Shown here one piece after another: positions 53,043 to 64,000 of a stretch of 64,000 nt of DNA. How positions within the stretch are numbered: position 1 is the first letter of the stretch; each line of letters begins with the position of its first letter. Under the pieces are notes generated by a model. The model was not told the origin of the DNA. It saw only the letters and a list, made by a program, of their open reading frames with translations, and ran no database searches. Origin of the DNA: the human T2T-CHM13v2.0 reference genome, Homo sapiens; assembly GCF_009914755.1 (NCBI RefSeq), contig NC_060931.1. One strand, 5' to 3'. A program made the position numbers and the translations under genes.

Positions 53043-53609
53043 CTAGCAGTTTCTTCGAAAATCTTCACATTTGAAACCATTATCTAACGATAACCTTCTT
53101 CTCTTTATGTTAAACATTCTCAAGTCATGTCCTCACAAACACCCATGTTTAACACCTTAAATCATCTCACTTATTCTTACATCATGCTTCTAGTTTCTCC
53201 AGGGCCTTTTAAAAGTGTTAATAACATGAGATCCAATTAGTTATTATCTCTCAAATGTCAACTTCTCCTAATAATTCTCAAGAGCATGTTAACTTTTTGT
53301 ATTACAGTAGAAGCTTACACTTAGACTAAAGTCAATCTGTGATTCCTGAATTTTAACTTTGCTTTAAATAAATGAAGTGTAGAGTGAGGTACATTTCCTT
53401 TGGGTTGGTCTTGATACAGGATGATATTCAGATCAGAAATCCCCATGCTTTTGGCCACGTGTACTGTTGAGTCAACAACATTTTTGTTGGTGCCAAGTCA
53501 ATGGCAGGTGTTATATAGGCTACAAAGAGAAGGGATTCAGGAACCTTCAAGTTGGGTGAGAGGGAAAGGCATTCACTCATGCAGCAGTGAGCGAATAAAA
53601 GAAGGGCTA

Positions 53610-53830
53610 GCCCAGGAGTCTAGCATGTGACCTTTAGAGTATAATGCCTTCCATTCCAAAGCCTGGCTTTTGCATTTACTAGTTGTATGACCTTGAACAA
53701 GCTTTTTAAATACCCAATATTTCCATTTCTTCTTTGGTAAAATAGGAATAAGAGTATCTTCCTCATAGATTTGATGATTACACATAAAATAATGTATGTA
53801 GAGAGGTTAACACCACGCTTTTAAGCCTTC
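53610..53830 (+). mobile_element. MIR SINE
   Basis: catttactagttgtatgaccttgaacaagc…gtaaaataggaataagagtatcttcctcatag. Confidence 0.65.
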
Positions 53831-53987
53831 AGTAGCTGCTATGTGTGCACGAATGCACGTGTGTATATACTTTGTGCCAGGTACTCTGCTGGGTACATAA
53901 ATAACTATGATGCAAGGCAGAATGAAAGAGAGAAACTGAAGAGCAAGAATAGGACTTGAGAATGAGCCAACCATTTCTTGATATGTG

Positions 53988-53990
<3 letters not shown>

Positions 53991-54023
<33 letters not shown>
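53991..54023. repeat. (TG)n microsatellite
   Basis: Read directly from the sequence. Confidence 0.95.
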
Positions 54024-54025
<2 letters not shown>

Positions 54026-55026
54026 CTTACCTCAGGGCCAGAACTAATTTCAGATGATGGGAAATTCTGACCCTATAGGTAAATGCAAAATAAATTTCCT
54101 TGTTCAAGGATGCCGAGAGCAAGAAAAGTGCCATCCAAGACATATTACATAAAAATTAAGTCTCATTCTCTGCATTCCTGTGCATGATTTCCTCCTTCCC
54201 AAAACATGCAAGCCTGCCTAGGTAAGATCAACTCTGAGTTATAACTCAGTCTATACAGAGATTATCACCAAGAAAAATCAGCAAGTATAAAAGATTTTTA
54301 ATAAATTAGAACCTGTAAAACTTTATGAGAAGCAGGTGTCTGAGTCCCATTTTATAAACCATGAGCCTAACAGAGTTATATGAACTACTGTGAGGTTGTT
54401 CTGTCTGTGAGCAACGACGGGAATGTAATCACATGCCCCACAAACTGGACTATGATAAGCATCCTTTTGTTAGGGTAATACCATTTATACATTTATTTAT
54501 AATTTTATATTCCTCCCTTTCATTTCATTCTTTGTTGAAAGCAAAGGTATTGCAACTCATTGGCAGGCAATTTATTTCAGGGCGAAAAGTAATCTAAATA
54601 CAAAATAATAAAATATGTGAATGTGAAAAAAATCCCAAAGATATAAGCAGATTTATTATACATAGCTGGAAAATATCTCGTATATGAAGCCATTCATAAA
54701 GTGAGTTAACTTCTCTGTGCAGAAGTTCTTTGGGAATATGCTTGTACAGAGTAATTTACTTTCAGTGTTAGAAATTACCTGGAAAGAGGTGAAAATTACT
54801 CATTCAAGTCAAGAAGTATTTACATGCCACCAAATAACTAAGGTGAAATAAAACCTTATAGGAGAAATAGAAGAACAGAATGAAAAAAAAGGGAGGGGCA
54901 GGGTGAGATAAATAAATAAAAAGCTAAAGAAAAAGTTAAAATCCACCCAGTATTTACACAATGATTGAATAATAGGACAACTTTTATCTTGACTTCATTT
55001 AAATGTTTTCAGTAGGAAAGCTTGAC

Positions 55027-55138
55027 AAAAGTGACATTCAGTCATTAGTAATATTGCTAAAAAAGTGAAATTCAGTCATCAGTAATGACTGAAAGTGGCA
55101 TTCAGTTATTAGTAATATCAGTCATTAGTAATATTGCT
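55027..55138. repeat. Short imperfect tandem repeat with an inverted copy
   Basis: (aaagtgaca)ttcagtcattagtaatattgct-like units, 3-4 copies. Hairpin TTCAGTCAT-cagta-ATGACTGAA. Confidence 0.8.
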
Positions 55139-55665
55139 GTATAAACTAGAAATTGTTCTTTTGAATCTTTAAATGGTGAAAACAGTCAATAGTGTTTTCT
55201 TTTTTAAATTGTTGCTTCTTGATAGAATCACAGTTTCTCTTTTATTGCATCATTTAATCTCAATGCCAAGTTTTGAAGGTGGTGCCAAAGTTCACTATCT
55301 GTCTGGGTAGCAGATGACCAAAACGCCCCTCCACAGTAAGGGTGCGTGAGTACTCTGGTTCCAGCGTATGCTCCACACATCCCACCACTGCAGGGCGCAT
55401 CCAGGTGTGCTGTCATGGTCAGTTTGAATGCCTTTATCAGTGACTGTGCCATGCCACATATATAAAGATGGAAAGTCAAGTCCATGACCTCCAGGAATAC
55501 ATATTCTGACTTTGCACTGATAACCTCATTTAGTCCACAAAACACAGATATGACGTAGTTAATGTTATTATTCCTGTTTCAGAAACGAGGAAACTGACTA
55601 AAATACTTTATGTGACTTTCAGCAGGGTCACACACCTAAAAAGTGATGGCACTCGACTCAAACAT

Positions 55666-56068
55666 TGCAGTGATATATGTCCACTTGGCTAGGTTATATG
55701 TCCACTTGGCTAGGTTACAGCCTGCAGTTATTCAATCAAACACTAATCTAGGTATTGACGTGAAGGTATTTTGTAAATGTTATTAAAATCCATAATCACT
55801 TGACTTTAAATAAAGGAGATTGTGCTACATAATCTGGGTGGAAAGGCCTTAAAGCATAACTGAGGCTTCTCTGAAAAAGAATAAATTCTGCCTGTGGACA
55901 GCATCTTCAACCTTGCCTGAGAGTTTCAGGATGCCCTTCCTAATGGTCTCCCCTGCAGATTTCAGATTTACCTAGTCAGCCCTCACAATCAAATCAGGCT
56001 TTTGCTTGCAAGAAGTCTCTTATTATGTATCTCCTACTGGCTCTACTTTCTGGTTGAACTCCGACTGA
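55666..56068 (+). mobile_element. MLT2-family ERVL solo LTR; 21-bp tandem duplication at 55674-55715
   Basis: tatgtccacttggctagg…caaacactaatctaggt…ttgactttaaataaaggagatt…gtatctcctactggctc…actccgact. Confidence 0.75.
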
Positions 56069-56649
56069 GGCAATTACTCCTGTCCTCTTACGTGGTAAAG
56101 GGTTGTGGTTATTCTAGTCAGTTCATCGGGCTCTACTCAAGAAACACACAGGGTCTGGAAGCAATATAAAACTTAGCACCAACTGGGACTTCCTACAAGC
56201 TTTCTAACGAAAAACAATTTTAAAAATTACAAGACATAAATATGTGGATTTTTAATAAAGACCCTCTTAGTCATCTTTACATACTTAATAGGTGCTTGAC
56301 AAACGCCTAACAAGTGAATGAATGAGGGAATGAATGACTAACTTGGTTTGGCTGGAGTCCTCTTGTGCTTTATCTCTCAGATTCATCACTGCAATGATCG
56401 GGACGCACAGCATAGAAATATATACATATATATATTTATTTAATTCCTCCAAACTCTATGAGATGTCATGCCAGAGATTATCAATTCTGAGATGCATTCA
56501 TTTCCTCATTTTAATATTTCTGAAATAGAGATGCATTGTACAAAACATAGAATATCATAACTTATTTGGCATTGGTTTGCCTTTCTTGGTAGTTCATAAA
56601 ATGAAGGTATACTTTATGATTGACAGCATTTTATTTTAATTGAAATATA

Positions 56650-56773
56650 GTATTATCACCATGTTCATTTTTCAGATGAGTTCTTCAGGCACAAAGGCTA
56701 AGTACCTTTCCCAAGGTCACAAAATTAGTAAATGGCAAGTCAGGGTTTGAACCCAGGCTGTCTGGCACTAAAG
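56650..56773 (-). mobile_element. MIR SINE, interrupted by MER20
   Basis: cagatgag…aggcacaaaggctaagtacctttcccaaggtcac…agtaaatggcaagtcagggtttgaacccaggctgtctggc. Confidence 0.75.
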
Positions 56774-56990
56774 CAGGAGTTTCCGCAAATTGGCACCATT
56801 AACATTTTGGACTAGATAACTCTTTGTTGTGGGGGCTGTCCCATGCAGTGTAGCATGTTTAACAATATCCCTGGTCTCTACCCACGAGATGCCAGTAGCA
56901 TCCACCCCCAAGTTGTGACAACTAAAAATGTTTCCAGACTCTGCCAAATGCCTCCTGGGAGGTCAAATCTCTCCTAATTGAGAACCACTA
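56774..56990 (-). mobile_element. MER20 DNA transposon
   Basis: ggcaccattaacattttggactagataactctttgttgtgggggctgtcc…agatgccagtagca…aaaatgtttccagac…ttgagaaccact. Confidence 0.85.
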
Positions 56991-57569
56991 TTCTAGGGTA
57001 TGTTTAATCACTATGCAATATATATTTTTCCCTAAAAATGGAAACACGCCCAGGGTGACTTCTACTGCAGCCAGAAACAAGTTGGGTCCACCCCAGAAAG
57101 CAGGAATACTTTTCCCTGAAGATGGTCCTTTTCCCCAATTTCTTCCTTGACTCTTACTCTTCTCTTACTGCCCTCTCCTCTTTTTCAACTTTGCACAGTT
57201 CTTCAGGCAGTATTCTTTCCAACTGCTTGCCAGGTCCCACATCTGTTCATTTTGTTGGCACTTAATTTGGGACTGCTCTGGAGGTGCTGACAGCATTAGT
57301 ACTCCTGTTCCTCCAACTGCTGAACAATCTTAATTGAGCTGTCCCTGTCTCCTTGGTGCTGTCTTGTACCAGCTCCACCCCATACTCCAGAAGACGGGTG
57401 ACAGGCACTATCTACTTGCTCCAGCTTTGACCAAATAAAGAAACCAAGAAGAGACTTTTCAAAAGCTAGTAGCACAGTGAAACTCAGGAAACTAATGAAC
57501 ATGATTTGACTGTAATAGGTTCTTATTCAAGAATACATCTGTTCTCACGAGCCTGTAAGTTAAGAGGCC

Positions 57570-57815
57570 ATGTATGTGGTGGATGAGTCCATGGCCTCTA
57601 AAGCCAAATGGCCTGGGTTTCAATCCCAGCTCTGCCTGCTTCTCAGTAACTGTGTGAGCTTGAGCTACTCAATTTTTCTCTGCCTCAGTTTCCTCCTCTG
57701 TCAAGGGGGAAAATAGCAGCTTTATCTAATGTAGTTGGTGTGAGGAGTAAGTTTATAATGCATTTAAGAGGGCCTGGCCCACGTAAACACCAGAAGAGTG
57801 TTTGCAATTATTAGT
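57570..57815 (+). mobile_element. MIR SINE
   Basis: cctgggtttcaatcccagctctgcc…ctgtgtgagcttgagc…ctctgcctcagtttcctcctctgt. Confidence 0.75.
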
Positions 57816-59330
57816 GGCTCAACTTCAAAACAATTGTGGTGCACTTTTGGCTTAATTCGATAGGCTGGATTTGAATTTTTAGGTTCATTTTTTAAAACGG
57901 AATACTCATGTTGAAATACTGAACCTAAAACTAGCAAAAATATGTAAGTCAATTGCTTACATATATTCAGAACAGGATATCATTTTACATTTAGTTTATA
58001 CACACACATACATGCAAACTAGTAAATTCCAGTGATGGTAAAATTATTAGTGTTTTAACAACAATCACTCCTGACTATCTGATATACTATATGATGGTAC
58101 ATATTGGTTATTATAACATATAGCTATAGATATAAAACAATGATCTCAAATCCTGAAGTTCTATCTGAATCAACAAAATTAAATAATAACTAGGATGTTT
58201 TAATATTAATATTAACATGCTTGATTAGATTTTAATCCTTTGAAAATTGAGAGAGGCCTATATGATATTTGTGGTGCTACTTGTGGCCTTTCTACCTGAT
58301 GTGTAACTTCCAGGAAAAGGACAATCTGAAGGGGCTCAGTACTGAAGTAACCTCTGAGCTTTTCCTACACGGCCCCTCCTCACATTTACTACAGCATTCT
58401 GTATTAGCCACCAAAACTGAGCAAACCTCATTCCGTTAGCTAGTCTCCAAAGAAGGTAGCACCTGTTACTAATCCCCCTGCTAATCTCCCCAGCACACCC
58501 TGGATCTTCACTTCTGCCCATCACATGAGATGTGCAGCCTGGGAGGCTTCCCTTTGGGTCCCTCTAGAATTAGAAGTCATTCCCATTTACTATAAGCCAG
58601 GTGTGCATCATTTCACTGAAAACTGTCACCACCATCCTATGAGCCAGATGCTTTCATTATGTCCATTTTACAAATGGAAAAACTGAGGCTGAGAGAAGGT
58701 AAATAAATTTCCCCCAAGTCAGTTAGAAAATCTGTGCAAATACCCTATTGCCTGTATCTCAACCAGCCACTGAGATTCCTTGTTTACTTCTTTGAAAGTG
58801 TGCTGCCTGTTGTCCATACCTCCTAAGGAAGCAAAATTGAGTTCACTCTCCCATTGCCCATTGGAGAATCACCACCCCATAGCTTTCTATCCAAAGCATT
58901 ACAGGAGCTTTCATATTCTCTGTTGTCCTGCTTCAGGCAGGTGGTATTTTCAGTGTGTTAATTTTTTAAATCATAAGTTAAATCCATTGGTTCGAGGGCA
59001 AAAAGGGTTACTCTACAGAGGCAGAAGTGATGTTAACAGACCAAATTATATATATGTACAGGTCACCATGATCAGTAAGGAGGAGAAAAGTCAATGAAAC
59101 CTATTAGTTCTGAAACAATAGATAAGAAGAGAGAATTCTACTTCAAATCAAGTTAACCTTACAATCTCACAGTTTTATTGTCATATAGTTATTACCATAA
59201 ATATTCAGAATATTTTGACTTAACATACAGATGTCTTTTCATTTGCTCAAAACCATGCTTCTGAAATGAGATTGACTTTGGGAGAGGAAGTACTATTTTT
59301 ATATCATGGTGTATTAAAACATAGATAAAA

Positions 59331-59666
<336 letters not shown>

Positions 59667-59905
59667 TTAGTTCCCTGTAATTCAGCAAGATGCATCCAAG
59701 AGGGCTGTTTTCTTTAAAAAAGACAACAGAGTTAGCTGGCTAGAAATTATTTGGAAAATAGATTTTTTTTTTGGACACAGAAATGTATTTCAAAGACAAT
59801 AAATGAAGATTATTTTATTTCATATATTAGTACTCAATGTTTGCCCACATAGTTGAACTAATTTTTGTCTTCTTGACCTTAAATGTCTGGCTAGACCAAG
59901 CACTT

Positions 59906-59951
59906 TTTCATATTTTAACCTATAGTAATATTTCATATTTTAACCTGTAGT
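59906..59951. repeat. 25-bp-period tandem duplication
   Basis: tttcatattttaacctRtagt occurs twice. Confidence 0.85.
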
Positions 59952-62683
59952 TTTGGTGATCAAGAGACACTAGAGCTCAGAAACAGATGTCTTCCAAGCT
60001 CTGTTGATTCACCATATCAGTCTGAGGACTCCAGCATCCTGAACCTCAGCTTGCATCCCTGAAATGGAGTGGTGGTACAGGTTCATTATCATCACAAAGA
60101 AAGGATGCTAGCCTTTAAGGCTACACTTTCTTCCATGTTATTTACAACTCAAAGGGCCTGTTTCAAGTTCCATTTTAGCTCCCTGTGTAGTACACTGCCA
60201 AGCACATGAATTTTCAATGAAAATGTTGGAATGAAATTTCAGCATTTCTTAACAGAGAAGTAATCACCAAGATACGAGTTAATGCTTTACGGAGGTTATG
60301 TCTGGCTCCATTCTATTACAGAATGAATCAAGGTGAAAAAAAAAACATAAATAATGAATTGTGTCCTATTTGGGTCATGTAGGAAGGGAGGTTATTGGTA
60401 GCAATCAACACTGGGTCAGAAAGACAAAGCCAGAACCTGGAGCCAGAAGGGCAGGCAGCAGGTGTGAAATTAGAGATGTGACGATGGAAAAACTTAGAAA
60501 CAGCAGACAAAAGACACAAAAATCTGAATAAGACAAGTGGTGGGGTGATTTCATGATTTAAGGCAACCCAAGTGATCAAGTCTGAGAGCTGTGGTCTGGG
60601 ACCAAGACAAGAGCAGTCTAGAGAAATTTAAAGAGATGCTGTGTCATCCCCTTTGAAGGACCAAGTGCAAACTTATATTTGTCCTTAAACAGAGTTCTCC
60701 AATCCCAGCCTCATAAAACCGGTTCAGCTATAGCTACTGAACGGCATCTGTGTGCTGGCTTTCCATCTCTGCTCTTGAGCACAAAGAACAAAGTTTTTCA
60801 AAAGGAACTTGCACAGTCCACTTCATAAATCTCCCTTCAGCTTGCTACCTTCCGCCCACATCTCAGGGTTGTATGCCAGCTAGATCTACAGCAGTTATAT
60901 TTTTAAACCAGCAATTATCCTCATTCCTGCTCACTGACATGCCATACAGTTAATCTGGTTTAGGTCCAAGGTAAAAAAAGGGAAAATATATAAATTCACA
61001 TAAACATAATTCACATTGGCTCAAAATTACTCAAATGGTTTTCAAGCAACTCCAATCTGAATTACAGGTCAGTTTCAAAGTCAATTTTATATCAAACATG
61101 CATCAATTACAAAATTTTTCCAAAACAACTGTAAAAGAAGTCAAAGTCCAAGATCTTAATTAAAATATAGTTTACTTTAGAGAAGGTAAAGATTATCATG
61201 GGAAAACTCTATCACATCAAGACAAATATAATAGCTTGAATTACATGTATAAAATTAACAGACTGGAAGGGAAAGCTTTATGACAAGAAGTTCCGAGAAG
61301 AACTTAGTGATTCTACATCCAACTTTATTCATCTATATCCAAATGTTAACATATACCTTGATTTTTCTCTTTGTTAATTAAATATGAATGCTTACCCCAG
61401 CTATAATAAGAGGAATCTAGTGAAAGCAAATAGCAGACCTAACATAATCCCTTTCCCTTTAGCTATAGTCAACTCACTCTAAGTGTTTCCAAGGCAAGGA
61501 TTTGTAGATTAGGTAAATTGATTCCTTTTTTCCTATTATCAGTTGTCTTCTTCAGTTATCACAAAGGTTGAACATTAAGCTACCAAATATATAAGACATT
61601 GCCTCAAGAACAACTTGGGTAAAAGATACCCATGCCACACAGACAATTATAACATGATTATCTTGAATTTTTTCTTCTATTTTAAATGCTGCCTTGTACC
61701 ATTTATAATAGCAAAAATTGCTGTCCAATTAAAAAGTGTTTGGAAGAGAAGACTCCAGTTTAATTATGAAGGGCATCATTACTATAAAGCAATGACAGGG
61801 TATGCTCAGGAATGAATCCATTATCACAGAAGGACCACTTATGCGACAATGATGTTTTCTCATCTGCCCCCAATATCTCCATTTCGTCTAGTTCCTCCTA
61901 CTTATCCTCACCACAAGGTAAGGTATCTGAAAGTGCTGAACACACCGCCTGATGTAAAGCAGTTATGCAATGATATTCATTCATTTATTTCAAATATACA
62001 CTCATCCCATCATCCCTCTGGAACCAATCCATTTGCTACCCAGGATAGAATTTAAGGTACTTTAAGTATCTAATCGCAAGTAAGCCTTACTGCTGTCCAC
62101 TCTGGTCTGTGGGCCATGAGTCTGTATCCTTTAATAAATTCCTGCTTCACACAGTAAGAACTGTGCTTTCCTATCCCAATCTCTGCCTAATAGCCCAACC
62201 TAAATGCGTTCCAGCAGCCCCAGCCCCATGCCTGGCCTCCAGTATTTCCAACACTCAAGGCTCAGCTTATGCATCACAGTCCTTCAACCTGGGTCTTGTC
62301 AAGATGTGGCTGTATCTTCCTAAAAATCCCTGCCTAGCCAGGAGGGTGGCAGCCTGCCACCAAATAACCTCACTGTGAAAATCTGCCCAAATGCCAGTGT
62401 TAATATTGACAAAATTGGCCTAGACTGATGCTACTTAAGCATTTTTCTGTATTAATGATATATGCATGTACTTTGTATTTCACTGAATCCAGAGAATTTT
62501 TATCTGGGTTTAGTTAGCCTTAAACAGCTACACTAACTTCTCTGTGTCTTGGTTTTCTAACCCGTGAAAGGCAATAATATTAGGATCCACCACAGAGGTT
62601 ACTGTGATAATTTTTATATATTAGCAACTTAGAGAACTGTCTGGTAGATAACACATGCTTATGTAAATGTTATTGTTTGTATT

Positions 62684-63118
62684 TGTGGGGGAAAAGGAAA
62701 GATTAACAAGAGGAAAGCATACACATTTATTTAACATAAGTTTTATGTGACATGAGGGCCTTTGAAAATGAAAACCCAAAGATACAAGTAGACTTGTATT
62801 TTTTTATGATTAGGTTTGACGAAGAATGAACAGTTGTGCAGAAGTATATTGGGGGACAAAAAGGTATGATCTAATAGTAATAAACGGGGAAAACTTAGCA
62901 AGGCCTGTCTGTTCAGATTTTCTCTGTGCTCCATGTCTTCAGAGATAAGGAAGTTACTTTCTGCCAGGTATGGGGGGGGCACCTCTCAAATGAGGGTCTC
63001 ATGACCTGCCTCAGAGGAGAAGTGTGAGGGAAAGCCAGAGAGCAACCTTCCTATGTTTGCCATTTTCTCAAATGCCAAGGTACCAGATTTGGGGGGGTAT
63101 CATGTACTGAACCTTGTT
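62684..63118 (-). mobile_element. ERV1-class LTR (MER31-like)
   Basis: gattaacaagaggaaagcatacacatttatttaacataag…tatgatctaat…ttctcaaatgccaaggtaccagatttggggg…catgtactgaacc. Confidence 0.6.
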
Positions 63119-64000
63119 ATATTATTAATACTATTACTATTGACTTCCTCTAGTGAGTAAGCTACCAGATGCATGAAGATAAAAACTGTCTGTTTCATTC
63201 TTAAAACCCCTCAAACCTACATGGTGATTTGCACATCTCAGGCTGTAAGTGATTGTCAAATAAAATTGAATTACTGAGTACTTTAAAAAGATATCTGGAA
63301 ATATCATGATAACTATGATATAGCTGTAGAAAGTAAGACCACAGAAACCAAACTGTCTTCTTAAGAACAGAAAATCACTAAAAGAGCCAGGAATGCAAGT
63401 CAGTCATAAGCCCATGCTGCTGGTTCATGGACAATCTTCATATGACACCATTTTCCTGGTGTGAGAACAGATGCATTTATTCTGACCTTACGTCATGCAA
63501 ATTTACTTATCCCTGGGCAAGGACAGGTTACGGGGTAGCTTTGGCATTGCTCATTCATTCCTGTATTTATCAGGTAACCCTGCACCAGGTCCTGCTTTAG
63601 GTGTCAGGAGACTACAGTAAATCAAACAAACCGCATTGGCTCAAAAACTGACATTTGGGAGAGCTAGACAAAACAAAATACTAGTTTATATTAAATTATG
63701 ATAAGTGTGAAGCATAATATTGAGGGGCTGCTCCATCAGATCACCTATCATGACAGTATCAGTTCCTGGCACATTTATTGGCACCCCTTTCTGGAGGCAA
63801 TGGACTGGAGGTCCCCACCACTTGGTCAATGAAGTGAAATGTATGGATTTGATGCTGAGAGGGGTTTGACATTGCTATTCTTCTATCAATCCTGGTGTAA
63901 AAAATATACACTGTATTCCATAGCCCATCTAGGGAAGAATCCTACTACCAGGCATGGACAGAAACTTAAGTGGCTCAAGAAGACCCAGCAGCTCAAAATG

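Overview
Primate (very probably human) genomic DNA, AT-rich, lying entirely inside the PDE1C gene (Ca2+/calmodulin-dependent cyclic nucleotide phosphodiesterase 1C) on the minus strand. Five coding exons can be read with canonical AG/GT borders and a continuous frame: 27200-27313, 25449-25631, 24423-24489, 19741-19857 and 11390-11530. They encode RLRSLVKQ...KTGVA, i.e. the CaM-binding/N-terminal region and the start of the catalytic domain with YHN..H. The rest is intron filled with Alu, L1, L2, MIR, MaLR/ERV LTRs, MER20 and simple repeats. I see no new gene or CRISPR-like system. The most unusual signals are: (1) a 575-bp VNTR made of overlapping palindromes (33214-33788); (2) a ~420-bp poly(A)-tailed, TSD-flanked retrocopy of an unidentified mRNA 3' end carrying a sense-strand AATAAA (47335-47755); (3) several locally templated direct-plus-inverted micro-duplications; and (4) two THE1 LTRs, one with a DUX4-type motif and one in which that motif has become an AP-1 site. 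Repeat subfamily calls come from recalled consensus sequences and their boundaries are approximate.
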